DNA from: an uncultured Polyangiaceae bacterium
GTDB lineage: Bacteria > Acidobacteriota > Thermoanaerobaculia > Multivoradales > JAHEKO01
Direction: 5' to 3'
Assembly: GCA_964195975.1 (NCBI GenBank)
Contig: CAXMQZ010000006.1
Span: 3,009 to 67,008, forward strand
DNA: 64,000 bases
Shown: positions 27,790 to 37,674 of the stretch, one piece after another
Position numbering within the stretch: position 1 is the stretch's first letter
Layout of the letters: each line of letters starts with the position of its first letter
The notes under the pieces: generated by a model
Databases searched by the model: none
Told to the model about the DNA's origin: nothing
The model's input: the letters and a program-made list of their open reading frames with translations, nothing else
Made by a program: the position numbers and the translations under genes

Positions 27790-29006
27790 CCATCCTTTCC
27801 TACGGTTGTAGCTTGCTCGACCGGTTGCACGGCTGGTGGTTCAAAGGCAGGATGGCCGGTAATCTCGGCACCGATGACGAGACCGTGAATGTCATGGGTG
27901 CCTTCATAGGTGTAAACCGACTCCATATTGAGCATGTGTCGGATCACGGGGTAGTCGTCGACAATCCCATTGGCGCCCAGGATTTCACGCGCGAGCTTAG
28001 CCGATTCCCTGGCTACCCAGACGTTGTTGCGTTTGGCCAGGGAGACTTGATAGTGCTTGAGCTTGCCCTGGTCTCTGAGCCGGGCCACCTGGAAGGCGAC
28101 CAGCTGACCCTTGGTGATTTCGCTGAGCATCCAGACCAGCTTGTCTTGCACCAGCTGATGAGTTGCGATCGGCTGACCGCCGAATTGGATCCGCTCCTTG
28201 GAGTAGTCGAGCGCGGTCTGGTAGCAATCCATGGCGGCGCCAAGCGCACCCCACGCAATACCGTAGCGTGCCTGGTTGAGACACCTCAGAGGATCCTTGA
28301 GGCCCTCTGTTTTTGGCAGGATGTTGTCCGCCGGGATTCTGCAGTCTTGAAAACCGAGCTCAGAAGTGACGGATGCTCGCAGTGAGAACTTGCCCTTCTG
28401 GTCCCGGGTCGTATATCCCGGGGTTCCCTTTTCGACCAAGAAACCCCGGATTCCATCGTCCGTTCTGGCCCACACCACAGCGACATCGGCCAGTGAGCCG
28501 CTGGTGATCCACTGTTTGGCTCCGTTGAGAACCCACTCGTTGCCGTCGCGGCGGGCTGAGGTTCGCATTGCTGCCGGGTTGGATCCAAAATCGGGCTCGG
28601 TGAGCCCGAAACAGCCGATGGCCTCACCACTACCCAGGGGTGGAATCCATCGATCCCTCTGTTGCTGAGAGCCATACGTATGGATCGGGTACATGACGAG
28701 CGCGCTTTGTACCGAAACAAAGCTACGGATGCCCGAATCGCCTCGCTCGAGCTCTTGCATGATCAATCCGTAGGCAACGCTGCCCAGACCCGGTAGTCCA
28801 TATTCGTCGATCGTCGAGCCGAAGAGGTTCAGTTTCCCCATCTCGGGAACCAGCTCGATGGGAAACCGCTCTTCGCGGTTGCACTCTTCGATGATGGGTC
28901 TTATTTTCTCGTCAACAAACGCACGAACCGTGTCGCGAACCAGCCGATCTTCATCGCTGAATAGGGATTCGATGTCGAGAAAATCGACGTCTGGAGACCG
29001 ACTCAA
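27786..29006 (-). CDS. gcdH: Glutaryl-CoA dehydrogenase-like acyl-CoA dehydrogenase
   Basis: [51 protein letters not shown]. Confidence 0.85.
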   Translation of the reverse strand: MSRSPDVDFLDIESLFSDEDRLVRDTVRAFVDEKIRPIIEECNREERFPIELVPEMGKLNLFGSTIDEYGLPGLGSVAYGLIMQELERGDSGIRSFVSVQSALVMYPIHTYGSQQQRDRWIPPLGSGEAIGCFGLTEPDFGSNPAAMRTSARRDGNEWVLNGAKQWITSGSLADVAVVWARTDDGIRGFLVEKGTPGYTTRDQKGKFSLRASVTSELGFQDCRIPADNILPKTEGLKDPLRCLNQARYGIAWGALGAAMDCYQTALDYSKERIQFGGQPIATHQLVQDKLVWMLSEITKGQLVAFQVARLRDQGKLKHYQVSLAKRNNVWVARESAKLAREILGANGIVDDYPVIRHMLNMESVYTYEGTHDIHGLVIGAEITGHPAFEPPAVQPVEQATTVGKDG

Positions 29007-29137
29007 AAAGACATTCCTTCCTGACTAGTGATCGAACTTGGAGGTGAGAAATCCCTCGCAGGACCGAGCCGAAATCATAACACGCCGTGTGTGAAGTATG
29101 ATCCTTTGCCGAAGTCCCTGAATGGAGACCCGAGGAC

Positions 29138-30055
29138 TTGGAAACGATAAGAACAGTTGGTCCGGCACTGCTCGCCCTGTTGACTGCGTTGGGCTTTGAT
29201 TGGGCGACTCGGCGCCGGGGTCTCAATCCACCCGGTTTCGATTCGACCCCGATGGACTCGACGACTCGGCGGCTTGGGGATCATCTTCGACAGGGTTTCT
29301 CGCTCGCCCTTCTCTGGGTCGTCCTCTGGGTCGGCGTATTCATGCCGTTGGGGGCCCTGGGCCTGGACAACGAGATCGATGTGACGATGCTGAGCTTCCC
29401 GCAGCTTTTCCTACTGCACGGTCTGCTGATCCTTTGTGTTGTGGTCTGGTATTTCTGCGGCTACGTGGCCATCCCGGGACACCAGATCCGTAGCGGTGAG
29501 AGCTGGCAGGCTCAGCTAGGCTTTCGAGCGTTGTCGATCCGACGTGAGATCGGTCTTGGTCTCGTTGCTGGGGTCGGCGCCTGGCTGGCAGTGCTGACAG
29601 CCCTTGTCAGCATAGGAATGGCAATCTGGTGGCTTGGTGGCGAGGGGCTCCTGCCCAAGGAGCCACCAGCACTGATCCCCTGGATGGCGGCGCTGCCGAT
29701 CGGGTTCAAGTTACTTCTCAGTCTTTCGGCCGGCGTGGTCGAGGAGACCTTTTTCCGGGGCTTTCTGCAACCGCGCTTCGGTATCGCTGCTTCGACGGCT
29801 CTGTTCGTGCTTGCCCATGCCAGTTACGAGCAACCTCTCATGTTGGTCGGAATCACGATCTTGTCGCTGATCTACGGTGCTCTTGCCAAGTGGAGACAGA
29901 ACATTTGGCCGGCAATCGCGGCGCATTTTTTGTTTGATGCGATTCAGCTCCTGGTCGTCATACCGACCGCGCTCGACCTTCTTCCAGACGATGGCGAAGG
30001 CGTGCTGCTGCCGGTGGCCAGCTCTCTTTTGAGCACCTACGTGGGCCTCGGTTGA
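29138..30055 (+). CDS. CPBP (CAAX/Abi) family intramembrane glutamic protease
   Basis: Multiple TM helices; VVEETFFRG, FVLAH, AHFLFD. Confidence 0.85.
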   Translation: METIRTVGPALLALLTALGFDWATRRRGLNPPGFDSTPMDSTTRRLGDHLRQGFSLALLWVVLWVGVFMPLGALGLDNEIDVTMLSFPQLFLLHGLLILCVVVWYFCGYVAIPGHQIRSGESWQAQLGFRALSIRREIGLGLVAGVGAWLAVLTALVSIGMAIWWLGGEGLLPKEPPALIPWMAALPIGFKLLLSLSAGVVEETFFRGFLQPRFGIAASTALFVLAHASYEQPLMLVGITILSLIYGALAKWRQNIWPAIAAHFLFDAIQLLVVIPTALDLLPDDGEGVLLPVASSLLSTYVGLG

Positions 30056-30082
30056 TCTGCTAGACTCCGCCAAGATTGCTCA

Positions 30083-30544
30083 ATGGAAGAACTGACTGCG
30101 AGGGTTCACTTGGAGATTGGCAGTCGTCTTGAAAACGTCGAACTGGTCGAGATCGCTGTGGAGGCTGCTCTGAATCAGCTGCAAGTCGACGATGACGCTT
30201 GTCACTGGTTTGGTATCGCCGTTCGTGAGGCCGTGGCGAATGCCATTCAACACGGCAACTCCCTGGACCCCGATAAACTCGTTGAGATCGACCTGGGTGT
30301 CGACGACGGTGAGATTGTGGTGCGGGTGCGCGATGAAGGCTCGGGGTTTGATCCCGACAAAGTTCCCAACCCGCTCAACGTAGAAAACCTGCTTCGACCC
30401 GATGGGCGAGGCCTTCTGTTGATGCAGCAATTCATGGATAGTATGGACTATAGTTTTGATCCTGATCGTGGAACCGAGCTGACTATGCGAAAAAAGATCG
30501 AGATTCCGCAAATGGCATCAGAAAGGCAAGAGGAGGAGATATGA
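30083..30544 (+). CDS. rsbW: RsbW-type anti-sigma factor kinase
   Basis: REAVANAIQHGN, VRDEGSGFDP, GRGLLLM. Confidence 0.88.
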   Translation: MEELTARVHLEIGSRLENVELVEIAVEAALNQLQVDDDACHWFGIAVREAVANAIQHGNSLDPDKLVEIDLGVDDGEIVVRVRDEGSGFDPDKVPNPLNVENLLRPDGRGLLLMQQFMDSMDYSFDPDRGTELTMRKKIEIPQMASERQEEEI

Positions 30545-30882
30545 AGATTCCGGCACGACACCATATGGGGGTGACGATTCTGGAGCCCAAGGGCAAGATA
30601 ACGATCGGCGTTGGAGATGTGGCCCTTCGAGAAGCGGTGCACGAGGCCGTCGAGGCTGGTGGCGTCAAGATCTTGATCAATCTCGAAGATGTCACCACGA
30701 TTGATTCTTCGGGGATCGGAGAGCTCGTAGCGGCCTACACAACGGTGACGAATCGAGACGGAAACCTGCGGTTGATGAAACTGCCGCCGAAAGTGCAAGA
30801 TATTTTGCAGATCACGCAGCTGTACACGGTCTTCGATGTCTTTGACAACGAAGAGGAAGCCATCGCTTCTTTCGACGCCTAA
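30541..30882 (+). CDS. rsbV: STAS anti-anti-sigma factor
   Basis: IDSSGIGEL phosphoacceptor motif; overlaps the rsbW stop. Confidence 0.88.
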   Translation: MKIPARHHMGVTILEPKGKITIGVGDVALREAVHEAVEAGGVKILINLEDVTTIDSSGIGELVAAYTTVTNRDGNLRLMKLPPKVQDILQITQLYTVFDVFDNEEEAIASFDA

Positions 30883-30901
30883 CCCGGGTTATTCATCCAG
30901 G

Positions 30902-32506
30902 TTAGTTGCGTTCCCAGTGGACCCGCCTCAGGCTGTAGAACTCACCACTCGGGTAGTTCTGATATCCCTTCAGCTGGGTGGGCATTACGGCAAAATTGAA
31001 TTTCGTAAACAGGCTTACGTAGGGGAGGTCTCGTCTGAAGATCTCTTGAGCCGCTAGGTAAAAGGGTCGTCGGGCTTCGAGCTCGGTGGCCCGGGCCCCT
31101 GCGTCGATCAGGGAATCGAATTCGGGGTTGAGGTAGCGTCCCCGGTTCGCTCCGTTGGGCGGGACACTCTTGGAGTGGAGAACGAGGCTTAAGAAGTCGG
31201 GGTCGAGGATGCCTGTCCAGGTCAAGCTGAAGACTTGAAAGTTTCCCTTCTTGATATCGGAGAAAAAGGTCGCGAACTCGTACGATCTGATCTCGACGCC
31301 GATACCGACCCCTGCCAACATCGACTGGATAATCTGTGCCTGGAGTAGCGCCGTCTCGTCTGTCGATGTTTTGTAGACCAATGAAAACCGATGCTTGGGT
31401 CCGTCGAAATCGGGGTCGAGCAGGCCGGCCTCGTCCAATAGCGCCCGAGCGGCTTCAGGATCGTAGGGAATCGGTTCGAGATTGTCATTTCGAGCCCAGT
31501 TGCCCGGCGGTAGGACCGTCTCCGTGACCACCCCGAGGCCTTGCCAGAGGGTATCCACCAGGCGTTGCCGATCTATTGCCAAGACGATGGCTTGACGAAC
31601 GACTAGTCTCGATAGCAACGGGTCGTTGAAATTGAACCCGAGATAGGCGTATTTGGAGCCCGGATCTTGAATCACCTGAAAACCGGGGTTGTCCCTGAAC
31701 CAGGGCAAGACGTCAGGTGCCAGGTCGTTGACCACGAGCTGGACAGAACCCTTGCGAAGCTCGAGGGCTCGGACGGTAGAGTCGGGAATCTCGCGAAAGA
31801 CGAGATGCTCGAGAGCCGCTGGATCTGCCCAATACTGCTCGAAACGTTCGAAGGTCAGTTGGTCGGGTTGCTTGTCGACAAGTTTGAAGGGCCCGGTCCC
31901 GATCGGGTTGCGGTTGAACGTCTCGGGGTCGGTACCCGACGGAATGATCCCCATATACGAAGTCAGGTTGACCAGCATCGCGCCAAAGGGCTCTCTCATC
32001 ACGAAATCGACGGTGTGGTCATCGATCTCCACGACCCGGTCGAGGCGTTCGAAGGCACCTCGCTTCGGGGTCGTGACGGTGCCGTCAAGAATGCTCTGAA
32101 AGGTCCAAACGACATCCCGAGCCGAGAATTTCTGACCGTTGTGAAAGGTGACGCCGGGTCGCAGGTAGAAACGGTAGCGTGCCCCTTCATCGAGGATTTC
32201 CCACGAGGCAGCCAGATCGGGGAGCAGGTTGCCCACGGCGTCCTTGGTTACCAGGCCATTGAGCATGACCTCGAACACTCGGCTGGAGGCTTGTGAGTTT
32301 CCCACTCTCGGATCGAGATGGGTGGGCGCCGCCTCGAGGGCGACAACCAAGCCATTGTCGGCAGGTATCTGTGGGCCGGGCTCGGATCCGCAACCAGACA
32401 GGAGAAAACCCGTACCAAGAGCGAGGGCCAAACCCACCAAGAGCACCGGGCCTGAGGCTCGAGTCGGCGGGAGAACGTGATTCATTTCCAGGGTGAGATC
32501 CAGCAA
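30902..32506 (-). CDS. ABC transporter peptide/nickel-family substrate-binding lipoprotein
   Basis: Lipobox LSGC, LLPDLAASWE, LRPGVTFHNG, PIGTGPF; no permease genes adjacent; start may be 32485. Confidence 0.9.
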   Translation of the reverse strand: MLDLTLEMNHVLPPTRASGPVLLVGLALALGTGFLLSGCGSEPGPQIPADNGLVVALEAAPTHLDPRVGNSQASSRVFEVMLNGLVTKDAVGNLLPDLAASWEILDEGARYRFYLRPGVTFHNGQKFSARDVVWTFQSILDGTVTTPKRGAFERLDRVVEIDDHTVDFVMREPFGAMLVNLTSYMGIIPSGTDPETFNRNPIGTGPFKLVDKQPDQLTFERFEQYWADPAALEHLVFREIPDSTVRALELRKGSVQLVVNDLAPDVLPWFRDNPGFQVIQDPGSKYAYLGFNFNDPLLSRLVVRQAIVLAIDRQRLVDTLWQGLGVVTETVLPPGNWARNDNLEPIPYDPEAARALLDEAGLLDPDFDGPKHRFSLVYKTSTDETALLQAQIIQSMLAGVGIGVEIRSYEFATFFSDIKKGNFQVFSLTWTGILDPDFLSLVLHSKSVPPNGANRGRYLNPEFDSLIDAGARATELEARRPFYLAAQEIFRRDLPYVSLFTKFNFAVMPTQLKGYQNYPSGEFYSLRRVHWERN

Positions 32507-33790
32507 TCGACAGAGAAAGCCATGCTAGCATGCAGACCGCCGGGGCTTGGCAGCCTCGAGCTCGAAGGCGTGAGTAGCTCCCGCAACATTTCCATCCAAT
32601 CCAGGCAGTGGAGTCGTATCTTCGGCAGCTGCGATGGGCGTCGCGGTATCGCGTCCGGCTGGCGTCGGATCGGGTCTTTGTCGGCCGTCGTATGGCTGCT
32701 GCTGTTGCTTGGCGGTGGGCACTCTGGCATGGGGGCCGCACAGACCTCCAGCCGAGAGGCCGAGCTCGAGTCGATTCGAGATCAGATCATGGCGCTGCGG
32801 AGTCGGTTGAACCGGGTTCGCCAGGAAGCGGGTGGGCTACGTGGTGATCTTCGAGAGACAGAGGTGGCGTTGGAGCTTCAGAAAAAGCGGCTCGAAGAGG
32901 CCCGAACCGCCAGGGCGCTTGCCGAGGAGACGCTTGCAGGCGTCGAGACCGAGATCGGTGATCTGGAGGTGGGTCTCGAAGAGTTGCAGGGTCTCCTGCG
33001 CGAAAGGATGGTCGATCTCCACAGGTTGGGTCAGCAGGGGTATGTTCGGCTATTTCTTTCGATTCAATCGCACGACGATCTGCTTCCCGGGATTCGTCAG
33101 ATGAGGTATCTGGTCAAGAGGGATGGTGGTCTCCTGGAGCAATACGAAACGACGCATGTAGAGCTTTCTGCCAAACAGGGTCAGCTTGTCGAGCATCGCG
33201 AAGAGGCCCGGCAGTGGCTCGAAGTCGAATCGAAGCGTCTCGGCCAACTCGAGCGCCTCGAGAGCCGACTCAACTCGCTGATCGCCCGGCTCGAGAGCGA
33301 GGATCAGCGTTTGACTCGTCAGAAGACGAAGTTGGCCGACAAGGAGAAGAAGCTGGCGAATCTCATCGACTTTCTCTACGGCCGAACCCAGGGCCCCCTG
33401 AGTGGGACACCGATGCAAAACTTCCGCGGCGTGCTCGACTGGCCGGTGCTGGGCAGCGTGGCCAAGCGGTTTGGACCGAGACTCGATCCTCAGTATGGAA
33501 CCCAGGTGCCACACAATGGAATCGGGCTGAAAACCAACCCGAAATCGGAGGTCCAGGTCGTCTACCCCGGAAAGGTGTTGTTTGCTGCTCCATTTCAAGG
33601 GTACGGATTGACTGCTATTGTGCACCATCCTGGACGGGTATTTACTTTGTATGCAGGAATGCAGGAGTTACGAACAAAACAAGACGCTGTGTTATCTTTG
33701 GGTCAGGTGATCGGTCTCAGCACCGACGCACTCTATTTCGAAATCCGCGTTGAAAATCGACCAGTCGACCCCTTGCAGTGGCTACGATGA
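32477..33790 (+). CDS. envC: Murein hydrolase activator EnvC
   Basis: Long coiled coil plus degenerate M23 domain (WPVLG, HNGIG, YAG); true start probably downstream of 32477. Confidence 0.8.
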   Translation: MIHFQGEIQQSTEKAMLACRPPGLGSLELEGVSSSRNISIQSRQWSRIFGSCDGRRGIASGWRRIGSLSAVVWLLLLLGGGHSGMGAAQTSSREAELESIRDQIMALRSRLNRVRQEAGGLRGDLRETEVALELQKKRLEEARTARALAEETLAGVETEIGDLEVGLEELQGLLRERMVDLHRLGQQGYVRLFLSIQSHDDLLPGIRQMRYLVKRDGGLLEQYETTHVELSAKQGQLVEHREEARQWLEVESKRLGQLERLESRLNSLIARLESEDQRLTRQKTKLADKEKKLANLIDFLYGRTQGPLSGTPMQNFRGVLDWPVLGSVAKRFGPRLDPQYGTQVPHNGIGLKTNPKSEVQVVYPGKVLFAAPFQGYGLTAIVHHPGRVFTLYAGMQELRTKQDAVLSLGQVIGLSTDALYFEIRVENRPVDPLQWLR

Positions 33791-33811
33791 GCGGGTTGTG
33801 AGGACCATTCA

Positions 33812-34999
33812 ATGAACAAGAGTCGCTTGGCATTTTTTCTTAGTTCTCTCGTTGTTCTGTTGCCGGTGATCACGGTCTCGTTATCCAATGCTGCGACCCA
33901 ACAGCGCGATGATGACGACTCTCTTTCCAAACACTTGTCGGTGTTCTCTGAGGTTCTGTCGCTCGTCAAACGCGCCTATGTCGAGGAGACTTCGGTGGAA
34001 GAGTTGCTTGCCGGGGCTCTTGATGGCTCGACCGACGCACTCGATCCGATGGCTACCTATGTACCCGCTGAAGCGGTGGAGACCTATCGCGAGGTGCGAC
34101 AGATCGAGCGCCGACACAGCGGTTTGGTTGTAGCCAAGGAGCGCGGCATTGCATTTGTGCTCAGCGTGGACCTCGATAGCCCCGCGGCGACCGCCGAGCT
34201 CGAGCATGGCGACATCATCGCCCAGGTCAATGGTGTTTCAACTCGCCGTATGCCGCTGTGGCAATTTCAGACTCTCCTGGCGGGCGAACCGGGAACCGAG
34301 CTCGAGCTCGAGATTCTGCGTCGTGGTCAGTCGCACGAGAAAACCCTGATATTGGGTCTTTACGAGACGCGGGCGCCGAAGCTCGAGCTGCGTGAAGACT
34401 CTGCTGTGCTTCGCATCTTCCGTTTCGAGCCAGAAGATGTCGCGACCTTGCGCGAGGTCCTGGCCCGACTCGTCGAAAGTGATCAAGAGAAGTTGTTGAT
34501 CGATCTGAGACAGGTCTCCGGAGGCGATCCTCGAAGCGCCTATGCCATGGCGGGTCTGTTTGCCGAAGGAAAGCTTGGAGAGCTCAGGACACGCGAAGAG
34601 GCGACGCTGCAGTTCGAAGGCATGGAGCGACCTCTCTGGCGAGGCCAGACGGTGCTTTTGGTAGATAGCGGTAGCCAAGGCGCGGCAGAGGTTTTCGCCA
34701 CCGTGATGCGTCAGCAGGCGGGGAGCCAGTTGGTAGGCCGTAGGACGTTTGGACATGCTGGACGACAGCGGATGATCGCCCTGTCCGATGGCTCCCAGGT
34801 GTTGCTGACGGACGCTTTCTATAGCGGGCCGGATGGCGAGCCGATCAATCAGAGTCTCGATCCCGATGTGACGGTCACCGAGTTCACCCGAAGTCTCGCC
34901 GAAAAGGATCGCTCTATCGAAGATCTCACTCTGGAGCGGGGCCTCGAAGTCCTTCTCGAGGACGGCGAAGGGGATTCGGTAGAAGAAGACGTCGCCTGA
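33812..34999 (+). CDS. S41/CtpA-family PDZ protein lacking catalytic residues
   Basis: LDP, PDZ (GDII..VNG), IDLR..GG; but SQGAAE replaces SASASE and TFGH replaces TFGK. Confidence 0.8.
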   Translation: MNKSRLAFFLSSLVVLLPVITVSLSNAATQQRDDDDSLSKHLSVFSEVLSLVKRAYVEETSVEELLAGALDGSTDALDPMATYVPAEAVETYREVRQIERRHSGLVVAKERGIAFVLSVDLDSPAATAELEHGDIIAQVNGVSTRRMPLWQFQTLLAGEPGTELELEILRRGQSHEKTLILGLYETRAPKLELREDSAVLRIFRFEPEDVATLREVLARLVESDQEKLLIDLRQVSGGDPRSAYAMAGLFAEGKLGELRTREEATLQFEGMERPLWRGQTVLLVDSGSQGAAEVFATVMRQQAGSQLVGRRTFGHAGRQRMIALSDGSQVLLTDAFYSGPDGEPINQSLDPDVTVTEFTRSLAEKDRSIEDLTLERGLEVLLEDGEGDSVEEDVA

Positions 35000-35181
35000 T
35001 CAGATTCGATCTGGTAGGTGCTTGTGACCTTTTTCCTGCTGGGAAATCAACAGTGCGGACCTCCGGCTATTGCTCTATGCAAATGGGCTGGCGCGGGCTC
35101 GGTAGCATTTCAGCTACAATCCACCGCCGGGAAGCAAGCTTCGACGAACAGATGACATCGCCCGGTTCGGTTTCATAGCGA

Positions 35182-37002
35182 ATGACAAACGTACTCGGAA
35201 TTTCGGCGTTCTACCACGACTCTGCGGCTTGTCTGATCCAGGATGGTGACATCGTGGCAGCGGCCCAGGAAGAGCGCTTCAGCCGAAAAAAGCACGATCA
35301 CAGATTTCCTGGCCAGGCCATCGACTACTGTCTGAAGGAAGCGGGCCTGAAGGCTGATGATCTCGATTTTGTCTCGTTTTACGACAAACCCTGGCTGAAG
35401 TTCGAGCGCCTGCTCGATACCTATCTGGCATTTGCGCCCGCCGGTCTTCCATCGTTTCTGAAAGCCATGCCTCTGTGGCTGAAACAGAAACTCTGGATGG
35501 GTGATCTGATCCGCAAAGAGATGGGCTACTCGGGTGAGTTGCTCTACCCCGAGCACCACCAATCCCACGCTGCATCGGCATTCTTTCCCAGCCCGTTCGA
35601 GAGCGCGGCGGTTCTGACCGCCGATGGGGTCGGAGAGTGGGCCACGGCATCGTGGGGCGTCGGTAGCGGCAATGACCTCGATCTACGCTACGAGCTCAGA
35701 TTCCCACATAGTCTGGGTTTGCTCTATTCGGCATTTACCTACTACACCGGTTTCAAGGTCAACTCGGGTGAGTACAAAATCATGGGTTTGGCACCCTACG
35801 GCGAGCCCAAGTATGTCGATCTCATTCTCGAGCACCTGGTCGATCTGAGAGACGACGGGTCGTTTCGACTCGATCAGAAGTACTTCAACTACTGCCAGGG
35901 TCTGACCATGACCTCGAAGGAGTTCGACAAGGTCTTTGGCGGCCCCCCCCGCAAGCCCGAGAGTGAACTGACCCAGAAAGAGATGGATCTGGCTCGCTCG
36001 GTTCAGGAAGTCACCGAAGAGATCATGCTGCGTATGGCGCGTCATGTTCGCAAGGAGACCGGCGAGCGCTATCTGTGTCTGGCTGGAGGTGTGGCGCTCA
36101 ATTGTGTTGCCAACGGCAAGATCCTACGCGAGGGCATCTTCGACGATATCTGGATTCAACCTGCAGCCGGTGACGCCGGAGGCGCTTTGGGTGCGGCGTT
36201 TTTTGCTTGGCACCAGGTTCTGGACAAGCCTCGTAAGGTCACGGTCGGTCAGGATTCCCAGAAGGGCTCGTATCTTGGACCCAAGTTCGACAGCGACCAG
36301 ATCCAAAGCTGGCTCGAGCAGGAGGGCTACCCCTTTCACCGGTGTCAAAACGGGGAGCTGCCGAATATAGCGGCAGATCTCATCATCGATGAGAAGGTCA
36401 TCGGCTGGTTCTCGGGTCGCATGGAGTTTGGCCCCCGAGCCCTCGGAGCCCGTAGCATCGTGGGTGACGCCCGAAGCACCAAGATGCAATCGGTGATGAA
36501 TCTGAAGATCAAGTATCGAGAGTCCTTTCGTCCTTTCGCGCCTTCATGCTTGGTCGAGGAGGTATCCGAGCTGTTCGAGCTCGATCGGCCATCGCCCTAC
36601 ATGCTTCTCGTGGCCCCAGTGAAAGAGGAGAGGCGGCGAAAGACGAGTGCTGATGAGGACCAACTTTTCGGCATCGACAAGCTCAACGTGCCTCGGTCCG
36701 ATATTCCGGCGATTACCCATGTCGACTACTCGGCTCGGGTACAAACCGTGAGCCGCGACGTCCACCCGCAGTACCACGCGATGATCGAGAAGTTCAGGGA
36801 CAAGACCGGCTACGGATTGGTGGTCAATACTTCGTTCAACGTTCGGGGCGAGCCCATCGTCTGTACGCCCCGCGACGCATATCTGTGTTTCATGCGGACC
36901 GAGATGGATGTGCTTGTTCTCGAAGATCTGGTGCTTTACAAAGAAGAACAGCCAGAGTTGAAGGACGACCAGGACTGGCGGGAGCTCTACGAACTGGACT
37001 GA
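35182..37002 (+). CDS. NodU/CmcH-family carbamoyltransferase
   Basis: YHDSAA, QEERFSR, EHHQSHAASAF, GEYKIMGLAPYG, GRMEFGPRALG, NTSFN. Confidence 0.93.
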   Translation: MTNVLGISAFYHDSAACLIQDGDIVAAAQEERFSRKKHDHRFPGQAIDYCLKEAGLKADDLDFVSFYDKPWLKFERLLDTYLAFAPAGLPSFLKAMPLWLKQKLWMGDLIRKEMGYSGELLYPEHHQSHAASAFFPSPFESAAVLTADGVGEWATASWGVGSGNDLDLRYELRFPHSLGLLYSAFTYYTGFKVNSGEYKIMGLAPYGEPKYVDLILEHLVDLRDDGSFRLDQKYFNYCQGLTMTSKEFDKVFGGPPRKPESELTQKEMDLARSVQEVTEEIMLRMARHVRKETGERYLCLAGGVALNCVANGKILREGIFDDIWIQPAAGDAGGALGAAFFAWHQVLDKPRKVTVGQDSQKGSYLGPKFDSDQIQSWLEQEGYPFHRCQNGELPNIAADLIIDEKVIGWFSGRMEFGPRALGARSIVGDARSTKMQSVMNLKIKYRESFRPFAPSCLVEEVSELFELDRPSPYMLLVAPVKEERRRKTSADEDQLFGIDKLNVPRSDIPAITHVDYSARVQTVSRDVHPQYHAMIEKFRDKTGYGLVVNTSFNVRGEPIVCTPRDAYLCFMRTEMDVLVLEDLVLYKEEQPELKDDQDWRELYELD

Positions 37003-37020
37003 TGCGAGGCTGAGCGAGCG

Positions 37021-37422
37021 ATGACCGGATCACACAGAAGAACACGCAAGGAGCTGCGCAGGTTTGGCCTCAGCTTCGGATGTGCCTTTGGCATCATGGG
37101 TGGTTTGCTGCTCTGGAGAGGCAAAGAGGCCGGGCCATGGGTGCTCGGGTTTGCCGCTCTTGTCGCCTTGGCTGGTCTGGCTGCCCCCCAGATCCTTCGA
37201 CCGCTGGAAAAGGTGCTAGCGACCCTGCTGCGGGTAGTCATGGCGGTTATCACCTACGTCGTGCTCTTCATGGCTTTTTTCTTGATCATTACTCCGATGG
37301 GGATCTTGCTTCGCCTGATGGGGAAGGATCTCTTGGCGATGAAGCTACCCTCCGATGAGCCGTCCTACTGGGTACCGGTGGAGGTCGATGGCCCCTCTAC
37401 CCGGCCTGACAAACCCTACTAG
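37021..37422 (+). CDS. SxtJ-family membrane protein
   Basis: ELRRFGL...FFLIITPMGILLRLMGKDLL...SYW. Confidence 0.82.
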   Translation: MTGSHRRTRKELRRFGLSFGCAFGIMGGLLLWRGKEAGPWVLGFAALVALAGLAAPQILRPLEKVLATLLRVVMAVITYVVLFMAFFLIITPMGILLRLMGKDLLAMKLPSDEPSYWVPVEVDGPSTRPDKPY

Positions 37423-37485
37423 CGTTTTTATTACGAATTTCATCGAATCCATTTCGACATATACAATTAGAACCGAGAGAACCCA

Positions 37486-37644
37486 ATGGCATCTGAATCG
37501 AAAATCTCCCTTGTCTGGGGCTTCCTGAGAACGCGAAAGAAGTGGTGGCTGACACCGATCGTGGTGACACTCATTCTGTTGGGTGTGCTGATCGTCCTTT
37601 CGGAGTCTTCGGCGGTTGCACCCTTTATCTACGCGCTGTTCTAG
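37486..37644 (+). CDS. DUF5989 (SxtK-like) small membrane protein, below ORF-track cutoff
   Basis: MASESKISLVWGFLRTRKKWWLTPIVVTLILLGVLIVLSESSAVAPFIYALF, with the family ending APFIY-x-LF. Confidence 0.85.
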   Translation: MASESKISLVWGFLRTRKKWWLTPIVVTLILLGVLIVLSESSAVAPFIYALF

Positions 37645-37674
37645 CCCGCGCTTGTTGGCCCGCTCCGGCTACGC

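Noticed and set aside
32477-33790. Loss of zinc ligands in the M23 domain as a novelty
   Set aside because: A degenerate M23 site is the normal, established state of EnvC.
35182-37644. Saxitoxin biosynthesis cluster
   Set aside because: Only sxtI/J/K-like homologues are present; this trio is widespread and no sxtA/G or other pathway genes occur.
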